Shown: in pieces, positions 1 to 11,037 of the stretch
Layout: each line of letters opens with the position of its first letter
Position numbering within the stretch: position 1 is the first letter of the stretch
Source of the DNA: Guillardia theta CCMP2712
Taxonomy: Eukaryota > Protista > Cryptophyta
DNA: 64,000 bases
Assembly: GCF_000315625.1 (NCBI RefSeq)
Contig: NW_005434644.1
Coordinates: 440,973 to 504,972 of the forward strand
Direction: 5' to 3'
Program-made: the position numbers and the translations under genes
Notes under the pieces: model-generated
Told to the model about the DNA's origin: nothing
The model's input: the letters and a program-made list of their open reading frames with translations, nothing else
Database searches by the model: none

Positions 1-483
1 GGGAGGGGAGGGGAGGGGAGAAGAATGGCTGACATCCTTCACCTTATCATCTCCTCCAGCCATGACTTGAAAATCCTTTTCTTCACGCCCTCCCGCCCGG
101 AGCTTTTGAACCAGTCAAAGTCAATCATCGAAATATTCCCCTCCACCCGCTCCACCTCCTCCTCCACCACCTCCTCCTCTTCTCTCCATGCCCTCTCCAT
201 ATTCCAGCACTGCAACTTCTTTGACGACACTGCTCCAGTCCTTTCTCATCTCTTCTCCTTTCGTTTCTGCTCCTCTCCCCCACCTCGAGTCGACGACGTC
301 CATGAGCAGAGTGAACAGCTCAGTCGACCAGCTCACTCCGTCTCTCAGCATCCACAAAAACGCCTGATGAGCCTCCTTCTGCCCAGCCCCCTTGTGCCTC
401 GAGAGAACCTGACAGGCATCGTCATCCTCTTCTCCTTCCTCCTCCTGCTCCTCCACACCAGTATCACCACCGCTCGCTATCTA

Positions 484-533
<50 letters not shown>

Positions 534-2793
534 GTTCCTCCCTCGTCCTCGTCCTCGTCCTTGTCCTCGTCCTCTCATATCAGTCTCTTCAACTATTCTC
601 TACATGCAAAACTGCTCTTCCTCGCCATTTTCGCTGTGTGGCAAATTGAGTTGCTGCTCACCTTGATCAGGTTGAGGTATAACATGTAGATGTGAGCATC
701 TGGCTCCACTCCCTGTAAAGAACGCTGAGTCAAGGAGGAGGAGGAGGAGGAGGAGGAGGAGGAGGAGGAGGAGGAGGAGGAGGAGGAGGAGGTGGTGGTG
801 GTGGTGGTGGTGGTGGTGGAGGAGGAGGAGGAGAAAAGGAGGAGGGTTTCACCTTCTTCTTCATGTCCTTGAGCAGCATGACTCCGTTCTCCATCCTCCC
901 GTGGCGCCTGCTTGCCAGCCCGATCGCCACCTCGAAGCAGAGGAGGTAAACGGCTCTCGTCGCCCCCACCTCCTCCGCGCCCATCTCGGCCAGCGTCTCC
1001 TCAACGTCCTCAAACTTCACCCTCCCCTCCCACGAGGCCTTGGCAAGGAGAGAGAAGATGGAGCCGAAGTTGAAAATAGCCTTCCTCTCCCTCTCCACCC
1101 TCGCCTCCTCCTCCTCCTCGCCCTCCCCCTTCCTTGCCGTTCGGTTGCCGTGCTGCCACCAGCTCATCTGCCGAGCTCGCTGCAGTCGGCTCCAGATCCT
1201 GCGCAGGATGACGAAGGAGGACATATCGGGCGCGCAGCCGTCCTCCGCCATCAGCTCGATGACCTCCTGCACGTCCCTCTCCGTCGCCTCCCTCCTATCA
1301 GCCGCTGATGCCACCAGCTCCAGCAGCGAGTTCAGCGTCACCTGGTCCCCCTTGATCCCCCTCCTCCTCATCATCCTCACCACCCGCACTCCGTCCTCCA
1401 TCCTCGTCCTCCCAAAGTTGCTCATCCCCACCACACCAGCGAGAAGAGCGTTGAAAGTTATCGCATCGCCCTCCACCCCATCCTCCTGCATGCTCAGTAG
1501 AATTGCTTCTCCATCCTGCATGCTCGCCTTGTTGTGCTTCGCTGCTCCTGCCAGCGCCGCCATCATGGCCGAGTATGTCACAACACTCGGCTGCATCCCC
1601 TGCTGCCTCATCCTCTCCAGCACAGCCCGCGCGTCCTCCACCGTCGCCGCATTCTGCGACGCCATGCCGGCAACGATCGCCATCATACCGTTGAAGAAGC
1701 TGGGGGAAGGCTCCTGCATGCTGCCCTCCATCTCCTTCAGCACCCTCTCAGCGTCCTGCAGCGTTGCCTTGCCATGCCTCGAGCTCCATGCCAGGATGTC
1801 CATCAGGAACCGGAAGGTGCTCGCGTCTGCTCGCACGTCCTCCTCCTTCATCTTTGCCAGCAGCTCAAATGCTTCTTCCTTGCACGACCTCCCGCTCCTC
1901 GCGCTCTTTGACACGATGTCGAGCTGGCAGTCGTAAATTTCCTTGTCAGGGCGGAGGCCCGTGCTAGTGAACGCCTCCAGCACCCGCTTCCCCTGTCGCA
2001 TGCTCCCCCTCCCCTCCCCTGCCGCTGCCGCCACCACCCTGAGCATCGCCTTGCAGATCTCGGAGGAGAACTCCAGCTGCATGGCCCGCATCTGCTTCAT
2101 CAGCTCGAACACCTCCTCCATCTCCGCTCTTCCCCTCCCCACGTCCAGCTGAAGAACCTCCAGGCACCGCAGCACGGACGTCTCGTCCATCTTGACCCCG
2201 AGCGATCGCGTCCTGTCTAGCATGATTTTCACTTCCTGCATGTTCGACTTGTCGCACAGCGCTGCCCGCGCTGCTGCCTTCAGCCACGAGTTGAGGTGCG
2301 AGGTTTGCGGGGGAGAGCCGCTGGCGATCACAGCATCGATCTCTCCCTCGGCTGCTTCCACAGCCAGCCGGATCTCCTCTCCTTCCTTCTCCATCATGGT
2401 GATGGATGGAAACCTCATCGTCCTGTCCAACATTCCCCTCTCCCCTCCCCCGCCTCGTTCCGAGCTCTCTCGCGGATCTGCCTCAGGCTCCTCTGTGGCG
2501 TCGAAACTCCTTACGGACCCTCCTTTGCTTGCAGCCAAGCTCTCTCCTGCCTCCTCCTCCCCTCCTCCTCTGAGCCCCCGATGGAAGGACAGCTGTCTCT
2601 CCAGATCCCTTTGGGCCATGCAAAACATCCCAATACCACCACCCCAGGCACGCCGACGTGGGTAGCGACCGCGTTGAGAAAGCTCGTTCATGGGGGATGG
2701 AGCCAGCCGGCAGCTTTGAGGTGAGCACGCCAGGCCCTTCATGACTGGCAGAGTTGTAAGGATCACAACGACGAGGAGGCACCCGGTCGACAT
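1..2793 (-). CDS. PPR-like helical-repeat protein with N-terminal signal peptide; multi-exon, 3' end runs off the window
   Basis: ORF 730..2793 has ~40-aa repeats with PPR signatures (GMQPSVVTYSAMM, GVEGDAITFNALL, GIKGDQVTLNSLL). The poly-Pro tail of the ORF is an intron (GT near 852). Further PPR-like exons lie at ~662-713 (GVEPDAHIYMLYLNLIK) and ~286-414 (AFLWMLRDGVSWSTELFTLLMDVV). N-terminus is hydrophobic. Confidence 0.75.
733..832. repeat. (GGA)n/(GGT)n intronic microsatellite
   Basis: Directly visible trinucleotide run. Confidence 0.95.
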
Positions 2794-3059
2794 GGCCTGT
2801 TAGCCCCTGCTGCAGGATCCCACGTTGAGCAGTGGGTCACGGTTCACAGAAGCCTTGATAGTCTTGACTTCAGCAGGAGGCAGGATCGATACTCAGACGT
2901 CTTGCCTACTCCCTCTGAACCTCCTCTCCCTCTATGCCTCTCTTCCTCTGCCGCTCTCCCTCTGTCTCGCTCCCTCCCTCCTCTCCTCTACCGCGGCTGC
3001 ACCATATAAAGAGAAACGGTCATTTTCCTGCCGAACGTGCGGCAGGGCAACTCATCAAC

Positions 3060-3195
3060 TACCAGCTAGACTCCGAGAGCTCGCCGCCGGGCCGGGCCGC
3101 CGGCCGGGTCTCCGAGGAGTCGAACTGACTGAACTATTTTATACACTTTAGAATCTTTTACTCAAAGTTAAGTTAAAGATCAGTACGGTAGGACT
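3060..3195 (-). repeat. Short copy of a dispersed GC-rich repeat with an AT-rich end motif
   Basis: 3148-3187 is the reverse complement of the motif at 13041-13080 (TACTGAT..TTTAACTTAACTTTGAGTAAA.GATT.TAA). Both copies adjoin a GC-rich core. Confidence 0.6.
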
Positions 3196-3199
3196 GAGC

Positions 3200-3925
3200 T
3201 CTGATGGCAAGAGGCTGGAGCTTGTCTCCTCCAAAGATTTCAAGGACGTCTGGCATGAGATGATCCTGGTACCCCTCCTCTTCCCCTTCACCTCCTCATT
3301 CTCCTTCCCCCTCCCCTCCTCCCTCCCCTCCCCTCCCCTCCCCTCCCCCCTATTCATTTCCCTCCCCATTCTCCTTTCCTCCACCCTTGCCATCCTTTCC
3401 TTCGAGGAGTTCCCAGCTGGGATTTTGCCAGCCATGTTCTGACAAGTTCATTGCTCGTACCAGTCGATCCCCAAGGACAACTCGTCAGAAAAGATGTCTC
3501 TCCTGCTGAACAACATTCACTCCACCCTTGCCATGGCAACGTGAGAGTGAAACCTTACCTCCTCACTCCCCTCATACCTCCTCTGCCTTGCTCCTGCCTC
3601 CCTCGCTCTCTCCTCGTTCTCTACATCACCTGCTACCCTGTGTAGATGTTTCCTTGCGCTTTTCTCCTCTACATCTGCTCTGCTCTGCTCCTCCTCTCTC
3701 CTCTTCATCCTCTGACTGCTCTCCTTCAGCTGGGTGCAACACGTCGGCAAGAGCTCTTGGGGCCACATCCTGCTCAAGTACCGCGAGTCCTTCCGAGCCG
3801 CCTGCCTTCGTCTCTCCGTCCTCATCACCGCGCTGCTCATTTTCTTCTACGGCGTTCCGATGGACCCAAACTCGTCAGTCCTTGCACTGCTTTCCCCCTC
3901 CTCCTGTGCAAGACTAGTCGCTCTC
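3200..3925 (+). CDS. Probable exons of an unidentified gene, truncated by the gap
   Basis: Coding-like blocks (e.g. WVQHVGKSSWGHILLKYRESFRAACL) alternate with pyrimidine-rich GT..AG introns; no family recognised. Confidence 0.3.
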
Positions 3926-4918
3926 NNNNNNNNNNNNNNNNNNNNNNNNNNNNNNNNNNNNNNNNNNNNNNNNNNNNNNNNNNNNNNNNNNNNNNNNNNN
4001 NNNNNNNNNNNNNNNNNNNNNNNNNNNNNNNNNNNNNNNNNNNNNNNNNNNNNNNNNNNNNNNNNNNNNNNNNNNNNNNNNNNNNNNNNNNNNNNNNNNN
4101 NNNNNNNNNNNNNNNNNNNNNNNNNNNNNNNNNNNNNNNNNNNNNNNNNNNNNNNNNNNNNNNNNNNNNNNNNNNNNNNNNNNNNNNNNNNNNNNNNNNN
4201 NNNNNNNNNNNNNNNNNNNNNNNNNNNNNNNNNNNNNNNNNNNNNNNNNNNNNNNNNNNNNNNNNNNNNNNNNNNNNNNNNNNNNNNNNNNNNNNNNNNN
4301 NNNNNNNNNNNNNNNNNNNNNNNNNNNNNNNNNNNNNNNNNNNNNNNNNNNNNNNNNNNNNNNNNNNNNNNNNNNNNNNNNNNNNNNNNNNNNNNNNNNN
4401 NNNNNNNNNNNNNNNNNNNNNNNNNNNNNNNNNNNNNNNNNNNNNNNNNNNNNNNNNNNNNNNNNNNNNNNNNNNNNNNNNNNNNNNNNNNNNNNNNNNN
4501 NNNNNNNNNNNNNNNNNNNNNNNNNNNNNNNNNNNNNNNNNNNNNNNNNNNNNNNNNNNNNNNNNNNNNNNNNNNNNNNNNNNNNNNNNNNNNNNNNNNN
4601 NNNNNNNNNNNNNNNNNNNNNNNNNNNNNNNNNNNNNNNNNNNNNNNNNNNNNNNNNNNNNNNNNNNNNNNNNNNNNNNNNNNNNNNNNNNNNNNNNNNN
4701 NNNNNNNNNNNNNNNNNNNNNNNNNNNNNNNNNNNNNNNNNNNNNNNNNNNNNNNNNNNNNNNNNNNNNNNNNNNNNNNNNNNNNNNNNNNNNNNNNNNN
4801 NNNNNNNNNNNNNNNNNNNNNNNNNNNNNNNNNNNNNNNNNNNNNNNNNNNNNNNNNNNNNNNNNNNNNNNNNNNNNNNNNNNNNNNNNNNNNNNNNNNN
4901 NNNNNNNNNNNNNNNNNN
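3926..4918. other. Assembly gap (N)
   Basis: N run. Confidence 1.
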
Positions 4919-5022
4919 TATGGATCATTGAAGACCCACACGCCAATATTTCCTTGTGTCTGACTCGTACTTCATCCTTTCTATGAAGAACAGGTTGAAG
5001 TATAACCAGACCCATGTGTGAT
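4919..5022 (-). ncRNA. Candidate Fanzor omegaRNA scaffold
   Basis: Lies immediately 3' of the Fanzor stop. Nested complementary pairs (+ coordinates): 4970-4975/4983-4988, 4958-4962/5007-5011, 4937-4941/5016-5020. Position matches known Fanzor/TnpB omegaRNAs. Confidence 0.6.
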
Positions 5023-6951
5023 TCAAGGCCGTTTCAGAAAATCTGGTCGTGCTGGTAGAGACATGTAGCACAATAGAATATTCATAGCAGCATTGACATC
5101 ACGAGACTTGATACGGTTTTGAACACAATTGGTGGATCTGCACCATTTCAAACCCCGCACCACTGACACTTCGTCAGCAAGTATACCATTCTTGTTGATT
5201 TGTTTGCGTCTCAAATCATACAATTCTTGATGACATTGATTGCAACATTTTGTCGTTCTGTATTCATCAACTGCCGTCACCTCGAAGAAGTTCTGACATC
5301 GCCTTTTGATCCATTTTACAGGCACTGACTTCTCTCCACGCCCAGTACAACCGAATGATGCATCACCGTATGCAATTATTGGATTTTGATCTGTCCCATT
5401 ACCTTTCATCTTCTTGAAGAACGTATCAATCGCCTTGTGTTTGTGGATGTAGTTATCCATCTTCAGGCGTGCGAACTTGTTTTGACAATTGTGTTCGAAC
5501 AGGATCTCGCTTAGTCTCACCACGGTGTCGATGTATCTTTCAAAGTGATCCAACCGAGACGTTTTTGCTGACACTCTTGCAATATCGTTTGATTCCTCTG
5601 TTATGCCTTGTCTCCATTTTTCTAACTTGGCGTTATTCCGAGTAATATGAGACTCATGATAGTACTGCCTTCGAGTATATCGATACTGCTTTGGTTTTTC
5701 TTGACCAGGTATTTGCTCGACACCGCATATCAGTACATTGCGACCAGGATCGATTGCAATAACTCGTCTTGAGGACACATCACAATCTCTTGTTTTGCTT
5801 TTCTTTGTAGTAGTATTGTCTGTCTCATTGTGTATTCTCTTCTTGAACGTCACACAGAGTGCGACTCCGTCAGTCTGTATGCTATCAACTGTCCCTTTCT
5901 TTCTCAAATTTGATTGTAGCTTCAACACCGACAAGAATCGCTTATGTTTTTGTTGTGTGAACTTTTTCATGCATTTGCTTTTCCCACCCTTTGAATATTG
6001 CAACAGACCAGATTGATCCATAATGTAGAATAAACCCCAAATGTCTACGCGAATAAATTGTTTGCGTATCTGAAAAATCGGAGCGATCGTGTATCGATCA
6101 GATATATCATGAATCTCCAAAAACCTCAGAACCGAAAAATGGTACTTGACAAGATTTGGCATGTGTAATTGCATCCATTTTTGCTGTTCAGGGTTTTTCT
6201 TGATTTTGTCACGGGCCCATGACAAGTTATAATGATTGTCCCATCCAATGATCTCTTTTTGTTCCCTTATGAAATCAATGACATCCTGTCTTTCGAGAAC
6301 ACGAGTTTTTGGTGGAAAGCTCCATCCGTTTACTGCATTCCGTATATCCTGTATCTCCTTTTCTGAAGAAATCCCATTGAGCTTTCCCCATTCCTTTATG
6401 TATCTAGTCTGTTTTTGTCCCATCGTATAGAATATGTAATTTTGGAAATTTGTTGCATATTGATCAGCAGAATAGTACAGTACTCGAATATCCCCTTCTT
6501 TCCTGCGTTGTATTGGTAGATACTTGTTCCCTTTTTCTTGCCAAAACTCGTCTAAAATATCAAACTGAATTGCATTACCTCTGCGTTTTTCACCCATCAG
6601 AAAACAGGTCCGAAAGAAAACTTTCTCTCCACCATTGGTCTTGACCGTTTCTTCTTGCATCCCTTCTTCTTTTTCTTTGTCTGTTACTTTTCTAGTACGA
6701 TTGTATATCTGATCAAACAGCCTTGTAATGTACGTATCATCACCTTGCATTGAATCCTTCTCAAAACACCATAACAATAGATGATTGAAGATGATGCTAC
6801 CTCGATGGCTTATTTTGCTTATGTGTTTCACCCAATCATCAATCACACCGATCATTGTGTGTTGTTTGAGATGTTTTTTCAAACACATCTTGACAGTCGT
6901 CTGTGAATCAGAACAAGACTTTCTTTGTTTTCCTCTTTTCCTTTTCCCCAT
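5023..6951 (-). CDS. Fanzor1 (eukaryotic TnpB-family RNA-guided RuvC endonuclease), 642 aa, intronless
   Basis: RuvC-I VIAIDPG; Gly at the canonical RuvC-II position (IIAYGDASF); relocated Glu VDEYRTT followed by Zn-finger CCNQC...WCRSTNC; RuvC-III SRDVNAAMNI. Basic NLS-like N-terminus MGKRKRGK. AT-rich relative to host genes. Confidence 0.92.
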   Translation of the reverse strand: MGKRKRGKQRKSCSDSQTTVKMCLKKHLKQHTMIGVIDDWVKHISKISHRGSIIFNHLLLWCFEKDSMQGDDTYITRLFDQIYNRTRKVTDKEKEEGMQEETVKTNGGEKVFFRTCFLMGEKRRGNAIQFDILDEFWQEKGNKYLPIQRRKEGDIRVLYYSADQYATNFQNYIFYTMGQKQTRYIKEWGKLNGISSEKEIQDIRNAVNGWSFPPKTRVLERQDVIDFIREQKEIIGWDNHYNLSWARDKIKKNPEQQKWMQLHMPNLVKYHFSVLRFLEIHDISDRYTIAPIFQIRKQFIRVDIWGLFYIMDQSGLLQYSKGGKSKCMKKFTQQKHKRFLSVLKLQSNLRKKGTVDSIQTDGVALCVTFKKRIHNETDNTTTKKSKTRDCDVSSRRVIAIDPGRNVLICGVEQIPGQEKPKQYRYTRRQYYHESHITRNNAKLEKWRQGITEESNDIARVSAKTSRLDHFERYIDTVVRLSEILFEHNCQNKFARLKMDNYIHKHKAIDTFFKKMKGNGTDQNPIIAYGDASFGCTGRGEKSVPVKWIKRRCQNFFEVTAVDEYRTTKCCNQCHQELYDLRRKQINKNGILADEVSVVRGLKWCRSTNCVQNRIKSRDVNAAMNILLCYMSLPARPDFLKRP

Positions 6952-6959
6952 ATTTGATC

Positions 6960-7471
6960 AGGGTGAACGCGGGAGCTTCGGAAGGCGGGAATGAGGGAGG
7001 GAGGGAGGAGGGCGGGAAGAAGGGAGTGATGAAGGCGGGAGGGAGGATGGGAGGGAGGGAGAGAAGCGGAGGGCGGGAAATCTTTACAGAGGCCACAAAC
7101 CTGGTACCCACCCCTACTCAAGTTCGACAGATAAACAAACGGGTAGTTAGACTTCGGATGAAGGCGGGAACTTCGGAAGGCGGGAAATATTCGAAGTTTG
7201 TTGAGCCACAAACCTGGTACCCACCCCNNNNNNNNNNNNNNNNNNNNNNNNNNNNNNNNNNNNNNNNNNNNNNNNNNNNNNNNNNNNNNNNNNNNNNNNN
7301 NNNNNNNNNNNNNNNNNNNNNNNNNNNGGTACCCACCCCTACTCAAGTTCGACAGATAACAAACGGGTAGTTAGACTTCGGATGAAGGCGGGAAGGCGGG
7401 AAGGCCACAAACCTGGTACCCACCCCTACTTCTACTTTGATAGATAAACAGACGGGTGTTTAGACTTCGGA
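6960..7471. repeat. Tandem ~90-113 bp repeats upstream of Fanzor
   Basis: GCCACAAACCTGGTACCCACCCC starts at 7092, 7205 and 7404, with a partial copy at 7328. GTTAGACTTCGG / GAAGGCGGGAA also recur. Gap at 7228-7327. Confidence 0.9.
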
Positions 7472-9103
7472 AGAATTGATTTGTACAGGTGGATTTGCAG
7501 GGATGTTCTTTTATTTTTAATCACAACATTCTATATTCTCGTTGCTCCTTTGTTGTTTTACCGTTCGGGGTTTGCACCACACCGCGATTTCGACGTTTTT
7601 TTTGAGATTCTAATTTTTGGGTCACCATTGGTCATAGGTCACCCTCCCGATATAGCAATTTGTTTTAAAAGGACAAGTTTTTAAAATTAGTACACTGTTC
7701 GCATGCGGCACATACACTATATATATATAGCTCCTTTTAATTTTTTTTTGCAATACATTATGTGGATTTATTTTTATAATGTATATAGTTTTGAACCAAA
7801 TATTTCAGTTAATTCAGAAACCCATATCGGTTTACATTATGACTGAGGGCATCATCTCATCACCCTCGTTTCTACTCCATCAAAAAAAACACGCGCATAT
7901 AGGAGGGTAGGGGGTAGGATTGAGGGGTAGGGGTACTTGTACTACCCACCGAGAATTTTGCAATGCGGGGTGGTTGCTTGAACATAGGGGTAGTGTTTTA
8001 CATGGTAGGCTTCGAGGCAGCGGGGTATGACGAGAACCTGGTTCTTGAACGAGAAGCGAAGGGGTAGACAGCGTAAGATTCTAAATGAGAGGGGATTGAA
8101 GTTTTTCTGGCGATTCGGGGTACTTTGGATAGGGTATGCAGTTTTTTATTGTCAGGGGGTAGGGTGGGTTATGGAGCCTGCAGGGGCTGCCGCGTGTGCG
8201 ATGGGAATGGTGACGAGACAGGAGGAGGACCAGAGGCATGGCAGCAAAAACAAGAGAAAGATGCCGAGAGATGTTGTTCTATGCGATGATAGTCTTGTCA
8301 AGAAGGGATGGTGCATGAGACGTGGAAAAGATCCTGACACTGGTTGGGGGTATTGCCTTCTAGGTAGGCGCACGTAATTACGTGAAATGAGTTCCATCAG
8401 GAGTGTATCTCGAGTACGACGCCATTTGACAGGAAAAACATCCCATTGAATCTATGGCGATTAATATCAAGATCCTGTAGAGCTATGTTATTCCGTTTCC
8501 GATCGAAGGTTCTTAGATGGGGCTTGCTTGAATTGCGAACGAAACTGCAGCATTCGAGATCGAGCGCCTGAAGGTTCCGTGAGGCATAGAGACGATGAGG
8601 ATCCTGACAGCATGGATGTCTACGCTGAAGTTACGGCATCGATTCTCAGGGTTGCACTAGGAGCATGCCATCTTGAAACAGTCCAGACTTGATTCTGACT
8701 GGAAAGAGTAGCAAGGTTCTGCAGAAGGGATCTGTGGGTTACAGGAAGAGGGTAGAGAGATCCTTAGTTCTGATGCAGTCCATCCCGATTATCCTGCTCG
8801 TTCGGTTGGTCCATTCGCTCACTGCAATACACGTAGCTTGATGTAATGGTCTAATTTCCAAAAATTCGATGTGTGCCATGCAGAATTTTCGGCAAAGCTT
8901 CGGATTCATGCACGTTGATGCAAACCAGCATGAGTGAAGGCAGAGCTTGGCTGATGTATTTAGCTTGTTTAGTTTCTACGATCAAGGGGTTAGTTCTCAC
9001 GACCAAGGACTAAGTCGATCATTTACGAAGACTAGTAACGCAGAAAGGAACATTGGACTCCTGTTCAATTAATTGAACAATATCTGACATGATGCGCTGC
9101 AGG

Positions 9104-10822
9104 ATGTCTGATGCTGATGATCAAGCTGCGCGCGATGCCGCCATTGAGCAATGTGAAGTGTTAACTTGAGCCTTCTGTTCGGTTCTCATCCTTTGTCACA
9201 GGGAAGATCAAGAAGCTGATTAAGAATCTCGATGCTGCCCGCGGGTATGGAGCTCGCTCCTGATTTGATATCTCTTTGTCGTTCTGCTGTTCTTTGTTGC
9301 AATCGACTGGGAACCTGACAGTCTTCGGGCAGAAACGGAACTTCTATGATCTCCTTGATCGTTCCTCCCAAGGATCAGATTGCTCGTGTCAGCAAAATGC
9401 TTGGCGATGAGTACGGCACAGCATCCAACATCAAGTCCCGAGTCAACAGATTGTCCGTTCTCTCTGCAATCACCTCCACCCAACAGCGCCTGAAATTGTA
9501 CAACCGAGTTCCGAACAACGGGCTCGTGCTGTACTGCGGCACTGTGCTCACGGAGGATGGTAAAGAGAAGCAGGTCACCATCGACTTCGAGCCTTTCAAG
9601 CCGATCAACACTTCTCTTTATCTCTGCGACAACAAGTTCCACGTCGAGGTGAAAGGCTGTTTCGATGATGACACGTGTTGTGATGCCGGCCCAGGCGCTT
9701 CAAGAGCTGCTCGAGTGTGACGACAAGTTCGGCTTCATTGTGATGGATGGTAATGGAACATTGTTCGGCACTCTGAGCGGAAACACGCGCGAAGTTCTGC
9801 ACAAGATGTCCGTTGAGCTTCCCAAGAAGCACGGGCGTGGTGGTCAGTCTGCCCTTCGTTTTGCTCGTCTCCGTCTTGAGAAACGTCACAACTACGTCAC
9901 TAAGGTTGCGGAGATGGCCACTCAGCTTTTCATCACCAACGACAAGTGTAATGTGTCTGGGTTGGTGGTTGCTGGTTCAGCAGAGTTCAAGACTGTGCTT
10001 GTAGAGGCGGAGAGGTTCGATCAACGTCTTGCAGCGAAGGTTTTGATGGTTGTTGACGTCTCGTACGGTGGAGAGAATGGATTCAACCAGGCAATCGAGT
10101 TGTCTGCGGAGGTGTTGTCCAACGTCAAGTTCCTCCAAGAGAAGAAGGTCATCAAGAAGTATTTCGATGAAATCGCTCAGGACACCGGGAAGATTTGCTT
10201 TGGAGTCGACGACACACTGAAGTGTCTCGAGGCCGGCGCGATCGAAACTTTGATTGTTTGGGAATCTTTGGAACACATCCGATTCGTTCTGAGAAGTCCT
10301 GTGAGCGGAGAAGAGGAGACCCTTGTCTTGACTCCGATCAAGGCCAAGGACCACAAGTACTTCAAGGATGAGGCAAATAGTTGCGATAAGGAAATATTGG
10401 ACAAGACAGAGGTGATTTGGAGGAGCATCGAGGGAGGATGGATTAGAGGTAGCCGAGTGATGCGAGAAAAACGCGAAGGAGCAATTGGGGGCTTGCCGGT
10501 TTGATTACTTTCTGATCGTTTTTTTTCGCCAGTTGGTGGAATGGCTGTCTACGAATTATAACAAGTTCGGTTGCAAGCTGGAGATTGTGTCGAACAAGTC
10601 CCAAGAAGGATCTCAGTTCTCCAAGGGGTTTGGAGGTATTGGAGGATTCTTGCGCTATCGCTGTGACTTCTTGGAGCACGACGTATTCGGTGAGTTAGGA
10701 GAGAGATGACTTGGAAGAGAGATTGATGTTGTATTGCAGAGGGCATGGAGGACAAGTCCCCCGTTCCTTCCGACGACGACGACTACGGCGATGACGACAT
10801 TGATATCGATGACTTTATGTAA
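9104..10822 (+). CDS. eRF1: Eukaryotic peptide chain release factor subunit 1 (intron-split)
   Basis: [15 protein letters not shown] and HGRGGQS motifs; [11 protein letters not shown]-terminus; GT-AG introns join MSDADDQ...EQ/WKIKKLIK. Confidence 0.97.
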
Positions 10823-11037
10823 GCTGCAGGAGCCGACTAACTCTCCAGCTCTTCATTGTTAAACGATCAAGTAGTACTCACGGTTGCGATGGTTACTGCA
10901 ACGTGACCAGTGGTATGGTGTATAAATATCCGGCGAAGAAGTTGTATGGGTAAAGAAGTGAAACCTCCTTACGGCTCTGCAGAGATAGCTCTTGTGACCT
11001 GTGTTGCTGTGCCTTTTGTGTATTGGAACCAAACAGA

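Larger units (their letters stand above)
4919..7850 (-). mobile_element. Fanzor-carrying transposon; boundaries uncertain, no transposase visible
   Basis: AT-rich island containing Fanzor, tandem repeats and gaps; composition shifts back to host-like near 7.85 kb. Confidence 0.55.

Noticed and set aside
3646-5015. 350-450 aa ORFs in the track
   Set aside because: They are read-through of the N gap
7092-7471. CRISPR-like array beside an RNA-guided nuclease
   Set aside because: Whole units repeat without unique spacers; eukaryotic context; no cas genes
8027-8700. Possible small gene upstream of eRF1
   Set aside because: No recognisable motif and no convincing exon chain
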